This document shows, piece by piece, positions 36,801 to 47,500 of a DNA stretch of 64,000 nucleotides. Every line of letters starts with the position of its first letter. Position 1 is the stretch's first letter. Source of the stretch: Candidatus Latescibacterota bacterium (GTDB lineage Bacteria; Latescibacterota; UBA2968); NCBI GenBank assembly GCA_965222605.1, contig OZ244960.1, forward strand, positions 3,712,001 to 3,776,000, given 5' to 3'. The translations under genes and the position numbers were made by a program. The notes below the pieces were generated by a model, which saw only the letters and a program-made list of their open reading frames with translations, had not been told where the DNA came from and ran no database searches.

Positions 36801-37303
36801 TGGATAATCCGATGACGCCCGTGCTGGTGCAGATGATCCCTTCGCATCTCAGATGGGTTGTAAAAATTGAAAGGGCTGTTTTTCCCTCTCCATGGAAATG
36901 CCGCGATTTTGAGTTTGCGCGGGATCGCAAAAACGGCTTTTGCTGGGTGGTTATGGTGGAGCGCGAGATTGTGGGCTATGTCGTGGGTTTTTTGATTGAT
37001 CGGGAATTTCATCTGGCGAATTTCGCTATTGCGCCTGATTTTCAACAGAGGGGATTGGGAAGAAAGACGATAGAAGCTGTATTTGATCTGTTGGAGACAA
37101 AGGCGCGCGTGGTATCTCTGGAAGTGCGTATGTCCAATTGGGTTGCGATTGATCTCTATAAGAAGATGGGGTTTGAGACCATGGCGATTAGAAAAGCGTA
37201 TTATACACACCCTCGCGAAGATGCGCTCGTGATGTTAAAACCGCTCAATACCCGATTATCCGATTGGGTGTCGCAGATGTTTCAAAGCAAGCAGGGCGTT
37301 TAA
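36797..37303 (+). CDS. rimI: Ribosomal-protein-alanine N-acetyltransferase
   Basis: GNAT motifs QQRGLG, LEVRMSN and YY..PREDA; follows tsaB. Confidence 0.88.
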   Translation: MMDNPMTPVLVQMIPSHLRWVVKIERAVFPSPWKCRDFEFARDRKNGFCWVVMVEREIVGYVVGFLIDREFHLANFAIAPDFQQRGLGRKTIEAVFDLLETKARVVSLEVRMSNWVAIDLYKKMGFETMAIRKAYYTHPREDALVMLKPLNTRLSDWVSQMFQSKQGV

Positions 37304-39259
37304 TTAGTCTCCCCAAAACAGATTGTGCCCTTGCCCGGGGAACCAGATGAGATCGACGCTCATGCTCACAATAAGCGATAGGGTGTATCCCACAATCATG
37401 CCGAAGAAAAAGGGTTTTGCCCTGCGATATAGTGCGATTCCTCCCAGGCGAAAAATAACAAATTTAATCAGCCAGGTCAGAAATATGGATAAAATAGCGG
37501 TGCGCGCCGAATAAAAGGTTACTACTGTAAAACCGATGGGATGGAGAGGCCACCAGGTGAACCGGTATTGGCACAGGGTTAAGATGCCCATTGCCAATGC
37601 GCCAAATACCGTAAATGCCATCCGAAGAACGTAATGGGTTTCTTTGCCAATGTCGCGGATGGACGATACAATGCCATCGTAATAACGCGGCGCGGCAACC
37701 CGAAACATGTACGAGCCAAAATTAAACGCGCCATCGGTATAGCCCAGATAAATTGTGGATGCGGCTGCTGCAATGAGCGAAAACACAAATGCAAATGCGA
37801 TGGTCAAGCCCAATACACGCGCCCGATTGCCCAGGCCGATACTCAACCGCGCGGCATGGGCGGCAGCGGGCATGGTAAAACTTTTGCCATTTTGATACAT
37901 GCTGCCCACTTGTTGCCGCACGACAATTGTGTTTGATGACAGTGAATCGGGGGGTGCGAATCCCATAATGCCCGTGCCCAGGCTGCTGGGCGATTCCAGG
38001 AATACGAGTCCGGTCATTGCTACGATTTTGGCAAATCCGGTGTAGAAAATAAACCAGAATACCGCGACCAATACCGCCCAAAATGGTGTCATCCCACCTT
38101 TGAACAACCAGAACATGATAAATAGCGCACAGGCGAGAAATGTGGTGACCGCTGTGCGGTAGGACATCAATTCGTTCCGGTCGTCCATATTTTTGGTCTG
38201 TCGAAATGCCTGTTGAAAGACTGCTTTCAGGTGGTGCCGCGCAATCCACAATCCCCACAGACAAAAGACGATAAATCCCCCCAATGCTTGCTGTCGCGTG
38301 CCGGCGAATTCGCCAAGGCCCTCGGCCAGGCCCAGGCGATTGGTCATCCCTATTTGTAGCCAGGTGAATATCCAGAATACCCAGATCGAAAATAAGACCT
38401 GCAAATCGGTAAAGTACGCAAATCCGATAATCAAAAAGTTGAGCCGTCCGTGCAAGAACGGCACGTATCGTCCCAATGAGATCGTGTGATTCTGAATCCC
38501 CACGGTAATCACGGGGAAGCTGGGGTCGAAGTAGCCGATGATGTACCACAGGACGATAACTGAGGGAATGGAAAAGCCAGCCCAGAATAGCGGCTGTTTC
38601 ATATATTCGGGAAATCCTTTTGGCCCCGCTGTTTCTGCCAATTCTTCGGCGACTTGTGCAAAGGGAAATGGCAACCGCTCTTGCTCGACCCATTGCCGGC
38701 GCAAGATCGTTGCCAATGCGACTGATCCCAGGCCAAGCGCAGCGATAAAGCTCAGCCACCAGAATGTGGGGCGTATCCAGATTGCCCAGGGAATTGTTGC
38801 GTTGCGAGGCAGGCCCTCGTAAAACCAGGCCAGTTGCTCTTCGGCATCTTCGACTACGAGATAGGGTTGAACGAGGCCAAAGACGTATTCTTCCCAGAGA
38901 TTTTCCGGCGTTGCCATGTAGTGCATTACGGCATAAGTCGCCAGTACGCGCCCCAGCAGTTCATTGATGGACATGCTCACGTAGCCCACGGCAAAAATGA
39001 AGATCAATTCCCAGGGTTGTAATGCACATCCCAGAGCGCGTAGCGTGGGATTTACGATAAAGATCAGTACCAAAAATGGCATAAAAATACCCATCGGTAT
39101 CATGCCTTCGACCAGTGATATGGTGTGCATGTAATGATGGGTATAGGGAATGATTGCGTTTATTGATACCGTGATAAACACGGCCAATGCAATTGCCCAC
39201 CAGGGCGATCGTTGCGTCAGGGATTGGGATTGGTGAATGTCGGTAGCACGAATTGACAC
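37304..39259 (-). CDS. DUF6785/DUF6784 multi-pass membrane protein (putative peptide transporter)
   Basis: Many TM helices; RRQWVEQERLPFP, WWPLHPIGF and GGIALYRRAKPFF. Confidence 0.8.
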   Translation of the reverse strand: MSIRATDIHQSQSLTQRSPWWAIALAVFITVSINAIIPYTHHYMHTISLVEGMIPMGIFMPFLVLIFIVNPTLRALGCALQPWELIFIFAVGYVSMSINELLGRVLATYAVMHYMATPENLWEEYVFGLVQPYLVVEDAEEQLAWFYEGLPRNATIPWAIWIRPTFWWLSFIAALGLGSVALATILRRQWVEQERLPFPFAQVAEELAETAGPKGFPEYMKQPLFWAGFSIPSVIVLWYIIGYFDPSFPVITVGIQNHTISLGRYVPFLHGRLNFLIIGFAYFTDLQVLFSIWVFWIFTWLQIGMTNRLGLAEGLGEFAGTRQQALGGFIVFCLWGLWIARHHLKAVFQQAFRQTKNMDDRNELMSYRTAVTTFLACALFIMFWLFKGGMTPFWAVLVAVFWFIFYTGFAKIVAMTGLVFLESPSSLGTGIMGFAPPDSLSSNTIVVRQQVGSMYQNGKSFTMPAAAHAARLSIGLGNRARVLGLTIAFAFVFSLIAAAASTIYLGYTDGAFNFGSYMFRVAAPRYYDGIVSSIRDIGKETHYVLRMAFTVFGALAMGILTLCQYRFTWWPLHPIGFTVVTFYSARTAILSIFLTWLIKFVIFRLGGIALYRRAKPFFFGMIVGYTLSLIVSMSVDLIWFPGQGHNLFWGD

Positions 39260-39265
39260 AATAGA

Positions 39266-40312
39266 TCAGGCTCCTTCTCCCGGAAATCCCTCTTTTCTAA
39301 TGCGTTCGCCCACTGCGAGCAATACGGGCACATCTTTTTCATCGAGTGATCCATCGGGCAGGGGACCGGAATTTAGCAATAAATTGCAACCGCCTTCCTG
39401 CGCTGTTGTCAATGCCTTCCAAACTTCTTCCTCATCTTTGTGGTGGCCTCCTTCGGCGAGATAGCCCCACGATACGCCCTTCCCACCTGGTCCAGAGCAC
39501 ATTGTCGTACAAATTTCCATGGGTTTGTGTGCCTGTTCTACGGCCTGATGTTCAGGTGCCTGAAAGTCTTCGGTGCCCAGCAAGCCCTGTTTGTAGGAGA
39601 CGAGTACCTGTGGTTGCATGTTGTGAATATAGTCGTAGAGTTCCTGACACTTAAATTTTGTGTTGTCGCCGTTGTTGAGAACGCCAATCCCATCCAGCCA
39701 GATTGCAGCTACGGGACCGTAATTTGTGAGTAGTTCTGTAATTTGCGCCTGCATAAAATCGAGATAGATTTGCAAGTTGTGCGCCGAACCCGTAGCATAG
39801 CTCGGTTCGGGTGGGTCGTATTTGGGTCTTGCTTGCCCCCCCCATTCGTCATTGTTGGGGGCATGTGGATGTTTCCAATCCCGTCCATGGGAATAGTACA
39901 AACACAAGCCGAGTGCGTGTCGATCACATGCTTCGGCCAGTTCTTTGATCAAGTCGCGGCCCGCCGGGGCATTGACACTGTTAAAATCCGTTTCCGCTGT
40001 GTCGAATAAGCAAAATGAATCGTGATGTCGCGTGGTGATATTGATGTATTTCATTTCGCAGTCAACGGCAAATTGTGCTATGCGCTCGGCATCGAAATTT
40101 TCAGCGGTAAAGTCGTTGATGAGTTTTGCATATTCGGCAACGGGAATGAGTTCTCGCAATTGCACCCATTCGTGCCGACCTATCAGAGAGTACAATCCAT
40201 AGTGTAAAAATAAACCGTAACGGGCCTCGCGGAACCATTGCAGTGCGGCAGCACGCGGATTATTGGCGTAAAGGTCGGCGTAATTTTTCAAATAATTGGG
40301 AGTATTGCTCAT
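39266..40312 (-). CDS. GH29 alpha-L-fucosidase-like (paralogue of 15862-16878)
   Basis: Same motifs: HYGLYS, TTRHHDSF and IWLDG. Confidence 0.85.
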   Translation of the reverse strand: MSNTPNYLKNYADLYANNPRAAALQWFREARYGLFLHYGLYSLIGRHEWVQLRELIPVAEYAKLINDFTAENFDAERIAQFAVDCEMKYINITTRHHDSFCLFDTAETDFNSVNAPAGRDLIKELAEACDRHALGLCLYYSHGRDWKHPHAPNNDEWGGQARPKYDPPEPSYATGSAHNLQIYLDFMQAQITELLTNYGPVAAIWLDGIGVLNNGDNTKFKCQELYDYIHNMQPQVLVSYKQGLLGTEDFQAPEHQAVEQAHKPMEICTTMCSGPGGKGVSWGYLAEGGHHKDEEEVWKALTTAQEGGCNLLLNSGPLPDGSLDEKDVPVLLAVGERIRKEGFPGEGA

Positions 40313-40346
40313 GAGGATCTCCGCTGGTAAGTGGGTTCAGAATCGT

Positions 40347-41285
40347 CTATGCTTGTAAGAATTCAGGTACGCTGAAATACCGCTCGCCCGAGTCGCAGAT
40401 TATAGTTGCGACTCGCTTTCCCGGACCCAGGTCGCGGGCAATTTGCAGGGCAGCGAATACATTTGCCCCGGCTGATATGCCGGCCAGGATGCCTTCTTCG
40501 CGACCCAGTTTGCGAGCTGTTTTAATGGCGTCTTCATCGCGTACACATATTAGGGCGTCAAAAATATTGCGGTTGAGTACTGAGGGAATGAATCCTGCAC
40601 CGATGCCCTGGATGCCGTGTAGGCCGGCTTTTCCGCCCGATAGGACCGGGGATTTGGCGGGTTCGACGGCGATCACGCGTACGTGGTCTAATTCGGCTTT
40701 TAAGACCTCGCCTACACCTGTAATGGTTCCGCCCGTGCCTATTCCGGCTACAAAAGCGTCGAGGTGCCCGTCAACGGCTTCTAATATTTCTCGGGCGGTG
40801 GTTTGGCGGTGTATTTCCGGGTTGGCCGGGTTGTTAAATTGTTGTGGCATAAAGGTGGTTTCGGGTGACTTTTTTACGAGTCGTTCGGCTTCTGAGACGG
40901 CGCCGGACATGTCGAGATCGCCCGGTGTTAATATCAATTCGGCACCGTAACTTTCGAGCAGGTCGCGTCGCTCCCGGCTCATAGAATCGGGCATGGTTAA
41001 AAGCAGGCGATAACCTCGCGCTGTGGCAACCATTGCCAGACCAATGCCCGTGTTGCCGCTGGTCGGTTCGACGATGGTCATGCCCGGTTTTAAGTGTCCG
41101 TCGCGTTCTGCGGCTTCGATCATGGATAGGGCAATGCGGTCTTTTACCGTGCGGGCCGGATTTAGTGATTCCATTTTGACGACGACTTCGGCCATGTCGG
41201 ATGTCGCCAGACTGTTTAAGCGTATCAGGGGCGTGCCGCCGATCAATTGCATGAAATCATCGACAACTGCGTTGTTTTCAGGCAT
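40347..41285 (-). CDS. cysK: Cysteine synthase A
   Basis: IGGTPL, NPARTVKDR, PTSGNTG, GTGGT and IQGIG. Confidence 0.93.
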   Translation of the reverse strand: MPENNAVVDDFMQLIGGTPLIRLNSLATSDMAEVVVKMESLNPARTVKDRIALSMIEAAERDGHLKPGMTIVEPTSGNTGIGLAMVATARGYRLLLTMPDSMSRERRDLLESYGAELILTPGDLDMSGAVSEAERLVKKSPETTFMPQQFNNPANPEIHRQTTAREILEAVDGHLDAFVAGIGTGGTITGVGEVLKAELDHVRVIAVEPAKSPVLSGGKAGLHGIQGIGAGFIPSVLNRNIFDALICVRDEDAIKTARKLGREEGILAGISAGANVFAALQIARDLGPGKRVATIICDSGERYFSVPEFLQA

Positions 41286-41300
41286 GTGTTTTTCCTTTTT

Positions 41301-41813
41301 TCACCATCCTCCCACCTGCGTTCGATCTACGACGTCTTTGGTGAGCATGTGCAGCGCATCGCCGATGCCCTTTGTGCGAGCGAGGTCGCGTTGGCTTGCC
41401 GCATCGTAAATGCCGTAACCGCGCATGCGGTCAATTTCCCAGAGTGTTTGCTTTTCCCGCGTATCGTAAAAGGCCATTTTTACAAAGACAGAAATTTGAT
41501 ATTGTTCGGCACCCGGTTGACCGCCATAGGTAAAGGGTTCTTCTTTGATTTCCAGTACAGTGCCTTGCAATACGGCATCGGCCTGGTCTTCTTCGACGAC
41601 GCGCAAGGCCGCATCAGAGACAAATCCCTGAATTAAGCTGTCTGTCAATGCCTGGTGAATACCGGCTTCGAGGCTTTCATTTTCGAGTAGAGGTACAGCG
41701 ACGGAGCGAATGCCACCACTGCCCGTGGCTGATGTGGAATAATAAGCACAACTCAAAGGTAGATACATAATGAGTAGTAAGCAATAAGCTGACCACTTGT
41801 TTGGCGCGCTCAA
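41301..41813 (-). CDS. LptE-like lipoprotein
   Basis: Lipoprotein-like N-terminus, IRSVAVP and ADAVLQGTV. Confidence 0.65.
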   Translation of the reverse strand: MSAPNKWSAYCLLLIMYLPLSCAYYSTSATGSGGIRSVAVPLLENESLEAGIHQALTDSLIQGFVSDAALRVVEEDQADAVLQGTVLEIKEEPFTYGGQPGAEQYQISVFVKMAFYDTREKQTLWEIDRMRGYGIYDAASQRDLARTKGIGDALHMLTKDVVDRTQVGGW

Positions 41814-42172
41814 CTCTTTTCCTCCACTTCGTTCTCAGAGCTGTTATCTGGTGTCTGTTCCTCTTCTGGTGCTTGATCTTCAGAAGATTCGTCCTTTTTG
41901 AGTTCATCTATATAATTCATTCGCAGTTCAAATAAGGCGTGTTCCAGTAGTCTTTGCTCATTGTCGGTTAAGTTGCCTTTTGTTTTTTCGTCCAGCATGC
42001 CGAGGAGGTCAATCATGTTTTTGGCTTGTTCCAGATTGCGCTCGATCTGGTTGGTCATGGGATTCATCACTTTGCCCAGGTTTTGCAATGCCATGCCTTG
42101 AAACATCATGACCAGTTGCATGAATAGCAGTTCGTTTTGTTGATCTTGTGTCGGAATGTTTTGGTCGGCCAT
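41810..42172 (-). CDS. DUF1844 family protein
   Basis: LGKVMNP...AKNMIDLLGMLDEKTKGNL. Confidence 0.8.
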   Translation of the reverse strand: MADQNIPTQDQQNELLFMQLVMMFQGMALQNLGKVMNPMTNQIERNLEQAKNMIDLLGMLDEKTKGNLTDNEQRLLEHALFELRMNYIDELKKDESSEDQAPEEEQTPDNSSENEVEEKS

Positions 42173-42366
42173 TTCTGCGCTCTCCTTCCCGTTTTTGGTT
42201 GCGGATATAATTCCCTAATATTTCAAAACTTCGTATTGATGTCAAGGCGATGTTTGCTGTCTTGTGAATGTACGAGAAATACGCGCTTATCAGGTTGCAC
42301 AAAATTTTGATTGTGGGTATTTTTTATTATTAGCACGTCCAGTCTTTCTTATTCGGAGGATTTTCC

Positions 42367-42972
42367 ATGAGTGCGATTGCATTACAAACAGACCAAAATG
42401 CTCTTACGCTACATTTCGGGCCTGTATTGCGCATGGATAGGCATGAGTTTTTTGAATTCTGCCAGGCCAATCCCGATCTGAGAATGGAACTCACTTGCGA
42501 AGGAGATGTGATCATTATGCCGCCAACAGGGAGCAAATCTGGACAGCGGAACTTTGGACTTATTGGTCAATTTTATGCTTGGATGCAATCTGATGAAACG
42601 GGTTTTGGCTTTGATTCATCCGCGGGGTTCACGCTTCCCAATGGCGCTGTGCGTGTTCCTGATCTGGCGTGGATTCGCAAAGAGCGATGGGAAGTGCTTT
42701 CAGAAGATGAGCAGGAGGAGTTTGCTCCAATTTGTCCCGATTTCGTCGTCGAACTGCTTTCTCGAACGGATCGCCTTGATACCATAAAAGATAAGATGCA
42801 GGAATATATCGATAATGGCGCGCAACTCGGCTGGCTTATCGATCCGAGAGAGAGAAATATTTATGTTTATCGTCCAGATGAAGCGGTTATTTGTCTGTCC
42901 GATCCCGAGGTTGTCTCGGGCGATCCCCTGTTGCCCAATTTTGAACTCGATGTCCGCAGGCTCTGGGAATAG
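42367..42972 (+). CDS. Uma2 family endonuclease
   Basis: FDSSAGFTLPNGA, PDFVVEL and KMQEYIDNGAQLGWLIDP. Confidence 0.92.
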   Translation: MSAIALQTDQNALTLHFGPVLRMDRHEFFEFCQANPDLRMELTCEGDVIIMPPTGSKSGQRNFGLIGQFYAWMQSDETGFGFDSSAGFTLPNGAVRVPDLAWIRKERWEVLSEDEQEEFAPICPDFVVELLSRTDRLDTIKDKMQEYIDNGAQLGWLIDPRERNIYVYRPDEAVICLSDPEVVSGDPLLPNFELDVRRLWE

Positions 42973-42980
42973 GTAGCGAT

Positions 42981-43589
42981 CTACCTCAATGCGGTCTGCA
43001 GGTGAGCCAATACGGTTTCCGCATCGTTATACCCTCTGGTGATAAAGGTTACGGATGCGTTGTTCCTGACGACGAGACCTGGAAATTGATTGGCATTCAT
43101 CGATCGCCTGATGTTAAATCCATCCTGCATCTGCTGTTCTATTTCGGGTGAAGATAGGTCGCATGCAAACTGCTCTGTATCTAACCCGATTTCACCCGCT
43201 AATGCAACGAGGACTTCTACATCCGATGGGTTGCGCGCTTCCTGATAATAAGCGCGTTGAATGGCTTCAAACATCGCAGTGCCAGTTCCTTGATTTTGAG
43301 CCGCATAAAATGCCCTACAAGCGGGGTAGGTGCATCGCCGCGGTTTGCATTTTTCCCAAAAGTCCCAGTTAAAACGCGCGCCTGTTATCGCAGCGACTTC
43401 GCGCCATGCGCGCTGGATATGCGCGCGCACCGCATCGGGCATGAGGTCATCGGTGTCGCGTGCCAATCCACCCATGATATATACGGGTGACAATTCTTCG
43501 GGTAGGGCTTCTTTTACTTTTTCCAGTACTGGCTGAAATCCCCAGCACCAGGAACACATGGGGTCGGCGACGTAATAAAGTGTTTTCAT
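42981..43589 (-). CDS. DsbA-family protein
   Basis: DPMCSWCWGF, YPACRA and cis-Pro FP. Confidence 0.85.
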   Translation of the reverse strand: MKTLYYVADPMCSWCWGFQPVLEKVKEALPEELSPVYIMGGLARDTDDLMPDAVRAHIQRAWREVAAITGARFNWDFWEKCKPRRCTYPACRAFYAAQNQGTGTAMFEAIQRAYYQEARNPSDVEVLVALAGEIGLDTEQFACDLSSPEIEQQMQDGFNIRRSMNANQFPGLVVRNNASVTFITRGYNDAETVLAHLQTALR

Positions 43590-43775
43590 GGTTTTCTCCT
43601 GTTTTAAGTTTTATTTTTCAACATAATGAGAAAGTGATGTTTTGCCAAGATATCTAATCCCGACCTTTGTCGCCAAAGCCTCCCAAAAACTATTTGCATC
43701 GCGTTCTCATGCGCCATATCTTGCGATAGAGTGTAAGTTTATTCCTTCTTCCCCCCCTTTACAAAGGAGGCTTGC

Positions 43776-44240
43776 GTGAAAATTGAAGTCACTGTGAACG
43801 GGGAGCATCAAAGCTACGATGTCGAACCGCGTATGTTGCTCGTGGATTTTTTGCGCGATGTCGTCGGGCTTACTGGCACGCACGTAGGCTGTGAGACCAG
43901 CCTTTGTGGCGCGTGCAGTGTGATGCTCAATGGAGATGCTGTCAAATCGTGTACGGTTCTGGCAGTGCAAGCCAATGGTGCCGAAATCACCACAATTGAG
44001 GGCTTTGCCCAAAATGGTGAATTGCACCCCATTCAGGAGGGCTTCTGGGAATGCCACGGATTGCAATGCGGTTTTTGCACGCCGGGCATGATTATTGCCG
44101 CGCACCAGCTTTTAGAACGCAATCCCAAACCCAGCGAAGCCGATATTCGACGCGGTATAGAAGGCAATCTGTGCCGCTGCACAGGGTATCAACACATTGT
44201 CGATGCGGTTCAATACGCGTCGAAAAAAATGACCACATAG
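43776..44240 (+). CDS. coxS: CoxS/CutS-like 2Fe-2S subunit
   Basis: [15 protein letters not shown] and NLCRCTGY. Confidence 0.88.
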   Translation: MKIEVTVNGEHQSYDVEPRMLLVDFLRDVVGLTGTHVGCETSLCGACSVMLNGDAVKSCTVLAVQANGAEITTIEGFAQNGELHPIQEGFWECHGLQCGFCTPGMIIAAHQLLERNPKPSEADIRRGIEGNLCRCTGYQHIVDAVQYASKKMTT

Positions 44241-44250
44241 GAGGCGCCCC

Positions 44251-46584
44251 ATGCCTATTAGCAAAACTGTTGGCGCCCGTATTAAGCGCCGCGAAGACCC
44301 CCGACTGATCCAGGGCCTGGCACATTATGTCGATGATATCAGGCTGCCCAATATGTTGCATGTCGCGATTTTGCGAAGCCCTTATGCCCATGCGCGCATC
44401 AACAGCATCAATACCGATGCGGCTCAGAATTTCCCCGGTGTCAAGTCTGTTGTCACTGGCGATGATGTCAAAGACGTAATTGGTGGGATTCCCTGTGCGG
44501 CTACAGATCCGGCGGGATTTCCGGGTATTAAAGTGCCCCACCATCCCGTGCTTGCTACGGGAAAAGTGCGTTTTGTTGGTGAACCCGTCGTCGCTGTTGC
44601 AGCGACTGACGCGTACATTGCCCGAGATGCACTGGACTTGATCGAAGTCGATTACGATCCTCTCGATGCCGTCAACTCGGCCGAAACGGCTTTTGCCGAT
44701 GATGCGCCTATTATCCACGAAGATTGGGACGATAATATGGCTTTTACCTGGAGCATTGCCGGGGGCGATATTGACGCGGCTTTCGCCGAAGCCGATCAAA
44801 TTGTCAGCCAGCGCATTGATCATCAACGTCTGGTTCCCAATCCAATGGAAACGCGCGGTGTGGTTGCCCAATACCTGCCGGGCAAAGACCAGCTCAACTT
44901 GTGGTCATCCACGCAAATTCCCCATCTCTTGCGCACGCAAATATCCGTTATGCTCAATATGGCCGAAAACCATGTGCGCGTTATCGCGCCCGAAGTGGGC
45001 GGTGGCTTTGGCTGCAAACTCAATGTGTATGCCGAAGAAGCCCTGCTCGGGCACATGGCGAAATATCTCGTGCAACCCGTTAAATGGATTGAAGGCCGCC
45101 GTGAGAATTTTTTGCATACCATTCACGGACGCGACCAGACTGGGGATGTCGAACTCGCGGTCAAAAACGACGGCACGATCCTCGGTCTTAAATACACGGT
45201 CACGGCAGATGTGGGGGCTTATTATCAGTTGCTCACGCCAGCCATTCCCACGCTCACGGGTTTGATGCTGTGTGGTTCTTACACATTTAAAAATGTGCAG
45301 ATGAATCTCAAAGCCGCTTTTACGAATAAGATGTCGACTGATGCCTATCGGGGTGCGGGGCGTCCCGAAGCTACGTATCTCATCGAACGCATGATCGATG
45401 TGATGGCGCACGATCTGGATCTGGATCCTCTGGAGGTGCGGCGCAAAAACTTCATCGGTAAGGACGCCTTTCCTTATGAAACGGGAACTGCTGTGGCTTA
45501 TGATAGTGGCGACTATACGGCTGCGCTCGACAAGGCGCTTAAGATGGCGGATTACGAGGCTTTGCGCGAGCAGCAGGCCAAATTGCGCGAAGAGGGCCGA
45601 TACCTGGGTATTGGGTTTTCTACCTATGTGGAGATTTGCGGTATGGGTCCTTCTGCTGCGATGCCCGCTGGCGGTTGGGAAAGCAGCACGGTGCGCGTAG
45701 AGCCTACCGGCAAGGTAACAGTGCTCACGGGTGTATCGCCCCACGGGCAAGGGCAGGAGACGACGTTTGCCCAGCTTATTGCCGATGGTCTGGGCGTTGA
45801 TATTGACGATATTCGCATTATCCACGGCGATACCGATACGGTGCAATACGGCATTGGCACATTTGGCAGCCGCGCGACGGCTGTGGGCGGCACGGCGATG
45901 GTACATGCGATGGGTAAGGTGAAAGACAAAGTGATCAATATCGCCGCGCATCTGCTGGAGAGCAACCCGCAGGATATTGTGGTTGAAGATGGCAAATATT
46001 GTGTTCAGGGTGCGCCCGAGTCGGGTCTCACATTGAGCGAAATCGCGATGGTGGCTCATGTGGGTGTACAACTTCCCGAGGGCACAGAACCCGGTCTTGC
46101 CGAATCGCACTTTTTTGAGCCGCCAAACTTTACCTATCCCTTTGGTACGCACATCGCCGTGGTCGAGGTGGATGCCGATACGGGTGAGGTTGAGATGCAG
46201 CGTTATATCGCCGTTGATGATTGCGGGAATATTATCAATCCGTTGATTGTCGAGGGCCAGGTACACGGCGGTATTGCGCAGGGTGTGGGACAAGCCCTTT
46301 ACGAGGAAGCCATTTACGACGAAAGCGGGCAGATGATCACCGGTTCATTTATGGATTATGCCTTGCCCAAGGCGCACAACTTTCCGCGCTTTGAATTGGC
46401 GAATACGGTCACGCCTTCGCCCGTCAATCCAATGGGTGTCAAAGGTGTGGGCGAAGCGGGTACGATTGGTTCCACGCCCGCGATAGCCAATGCGGTGATT
46501 GACGCGCTAAAACCTTTTGGCGTGCGGCATATCGATCTGCCTTTGCGCCCTGAAAAACTCTGGAAACTCATGCAGGAGACCTAA
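44251..46584 (+). CDS. CoxL-like molybdopterin subunit (form II / aldehyde oxidoreductase type)
   Basis: VGGGFG, AYRGAGRPE, GQGQET and KGVGEAG. Confidence 0.9.
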   Translation: MPISKTVGARIKRREDPRLIQGLAHYVDDIRLPNMLHVAILRSPYAHARINSINTDAAQNFPGVKSVVTGDDVKDVIGGIPCAATDPAGFPGIKVPHHPVLATGKVRFVGEPVVAVAATDAYIARDALDLIEVDYDPLDAVNSAETAFADDAPIIHEDWDDNMAFTWSIAGGDIDAAFAEADQIVSQRIDHQRLVPNPMETRGVVAQYLPGKDQLNLWSSTQIPHLLRTQISVMLNMAENHVRVIAPEVGGGFGCKLNVYAEEALLGHMAKYLVQPVKWIEGRRENFLHTIHGRDQTGDVELAVKNDGTILGLKYTVTADVGAYYQLLTPAIPTLTGLMLCGSYTFKNVQMNLKAAFTNKMSTDAYRGAGRPEATYLIERMIDVMAHDLDLDPLEVRRKNFIGKDAFPYETGTAVAYDSGDYTAALDKALKMADYEALREQQAKLREEGRYLGIGFSTYVEICGMGPSAAMPAGGWESSTVRVEPTGKVTVLTGVSPHGQGQETTFAQLIADGLGVDIDDIRIIHGDTDTVQYGIGTFGSRATAVGGTAMVHAMGKVKDKVINIAAHLLESNPQDIVVEDGKYCVQGAPESGLTLSEIAMVAHVGVQLPEGTEPGLAESHFFEPPNFTYPFGTHIAVVEVDADTGEVEMQRYIAVDDCGNIINPLIVEGQVHGGIAQGVGQALYEEAIYDESGQMITGSFMDYALPKAHNFPRFELANTVTPSPVNPMGVKGVGEAGTIGSTPAIANAVIDALKPFGVRHIDLPLRPEKLWKLMQET

Positions 46585-46587
46585 ACG

Positions 46588-47445
46588 ATGACCCCCTTTG
46601 ATTACCACGCACCCAAAACTTTGAGAAGCGCGATGCGTCTGGTACAGGAGTTCGGCGACGATGCCAAAGTACTGGCGGGCGGTCACAGTCTGATTCCGTC
46701 TATGAAATTGCGTCTTGCCGCGCCTTCGGTTGTTATTGACCTGGGCGGCATTGCCGGCTTAAAAAAAGTGACTGCGGGCAATGAGGCCATTACCATTGGT
46801 GCCCTGGCCACGCATTATGCTGTGGAAAGCCATCGCTTGTTGCCTTCAAAATGTTCACTCTTGCCCGAGACGGCAGCGGAAATTGGCGATATGCAGGTGC
46901 GGAATCGAGGCACTGTGGGCGGGAGTATTGCCCATGCCGACCCGGCTGCGGATTGGCCGGCGACCATGCTTGCCCTCGATGCACAATTCGATATTGCCGG
47001 TCCCAATGGTGAACGCACGGTTTCTGCGTCTGATTTTTTTCTGGATCTCTTTATTACAGATTTGCAACCCGGCGAGGTCCTCACGGGCATTCGCATTGCC
47101 ACTCCGCCCGGGAATTCGGGTGGTGCGTATGTCAAGATGCGACAGTCCGCGTCCGGTTTTGCTCTTGCGGGCGTTGCGGCTCAGGTTACTCTGGATGATG
47201 CGGGTAACTGCGCTTCTGTGGCTGTGGGTGTTACCGGTGTTGCGCCGGCGGCATATCGCGCCCATGCGGTCGAAGACGCACTTGTAGGGCAGGGTATTGA
47301 TGCTGTTGCCGATGCGGCAGCCCATGCGACGGATGGCGTGGAAGAGTTTCAGGGAGATCACCACGCTTCTGGCGATTACCGCGCCCATTTGGCCCGTTTG
47401 TTTGCACAACGGGCATTGAGTCGGGCAATTGAACGCGCAGCTTGA
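46588..47445 (+). CDS. coxM: CoxM/CutM-like FAD subunit
   Basis: LAGGHSLIP and VRNRGTVGGS.AHADPAAD. Confidence 0.88.
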   Translation: MTPFDYHAPKTLRSAMRLVQEFGDDAKVLAGGHSLIPSMKLRLAAPSVVIDLGGIAGLKKVTAGNEAITIGALATHYAVESHRLLPSKCSLLPETAAEIGDMQVRNRGTVGGSIAHADPAADWPATMLALDAQFDIAGPNGERTVSASDFFLDLFITDLQPGEVLTGIRIATPPGNSGGAYVKMRQSASGFALAGVAAQVTLDDAGNCASVAVGVTGVAPAAYRAHAVEDALVGQGIDAVADAAAHATDGVEEFQGDHHASGDYRAHLARLFAQRALSRAIERAA

Positions 47446-47450
47446 TTTCA

Positions 47451-47490
47451 CGGCCCTCTTCTCTTTTTGGGGAGAGGGCCGTTTTTTTTT
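47451..47490 (+). terminator. Rho-independent terminator between coxM and coxG
   Basis: CGGCCCTCT...AGAGGGCCG followed by T9. Confidence 0.7.
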
Positions 47491-47500
47491 AGGAGGCGTT

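Noticed and set aside
38953-38964. CCAGCAGTTCAT identity with micro-insertion 2
   Set aside because: Lacks the GTACAAC arm and stem; reads as normal coding sequence (INELLGR) on the minus strand
44251-46584. True aerobic CO dehydrogenase
   Set aside because: AYRGAGR motif and S-L-M order indicate form II or another molybdenum hydroxylase
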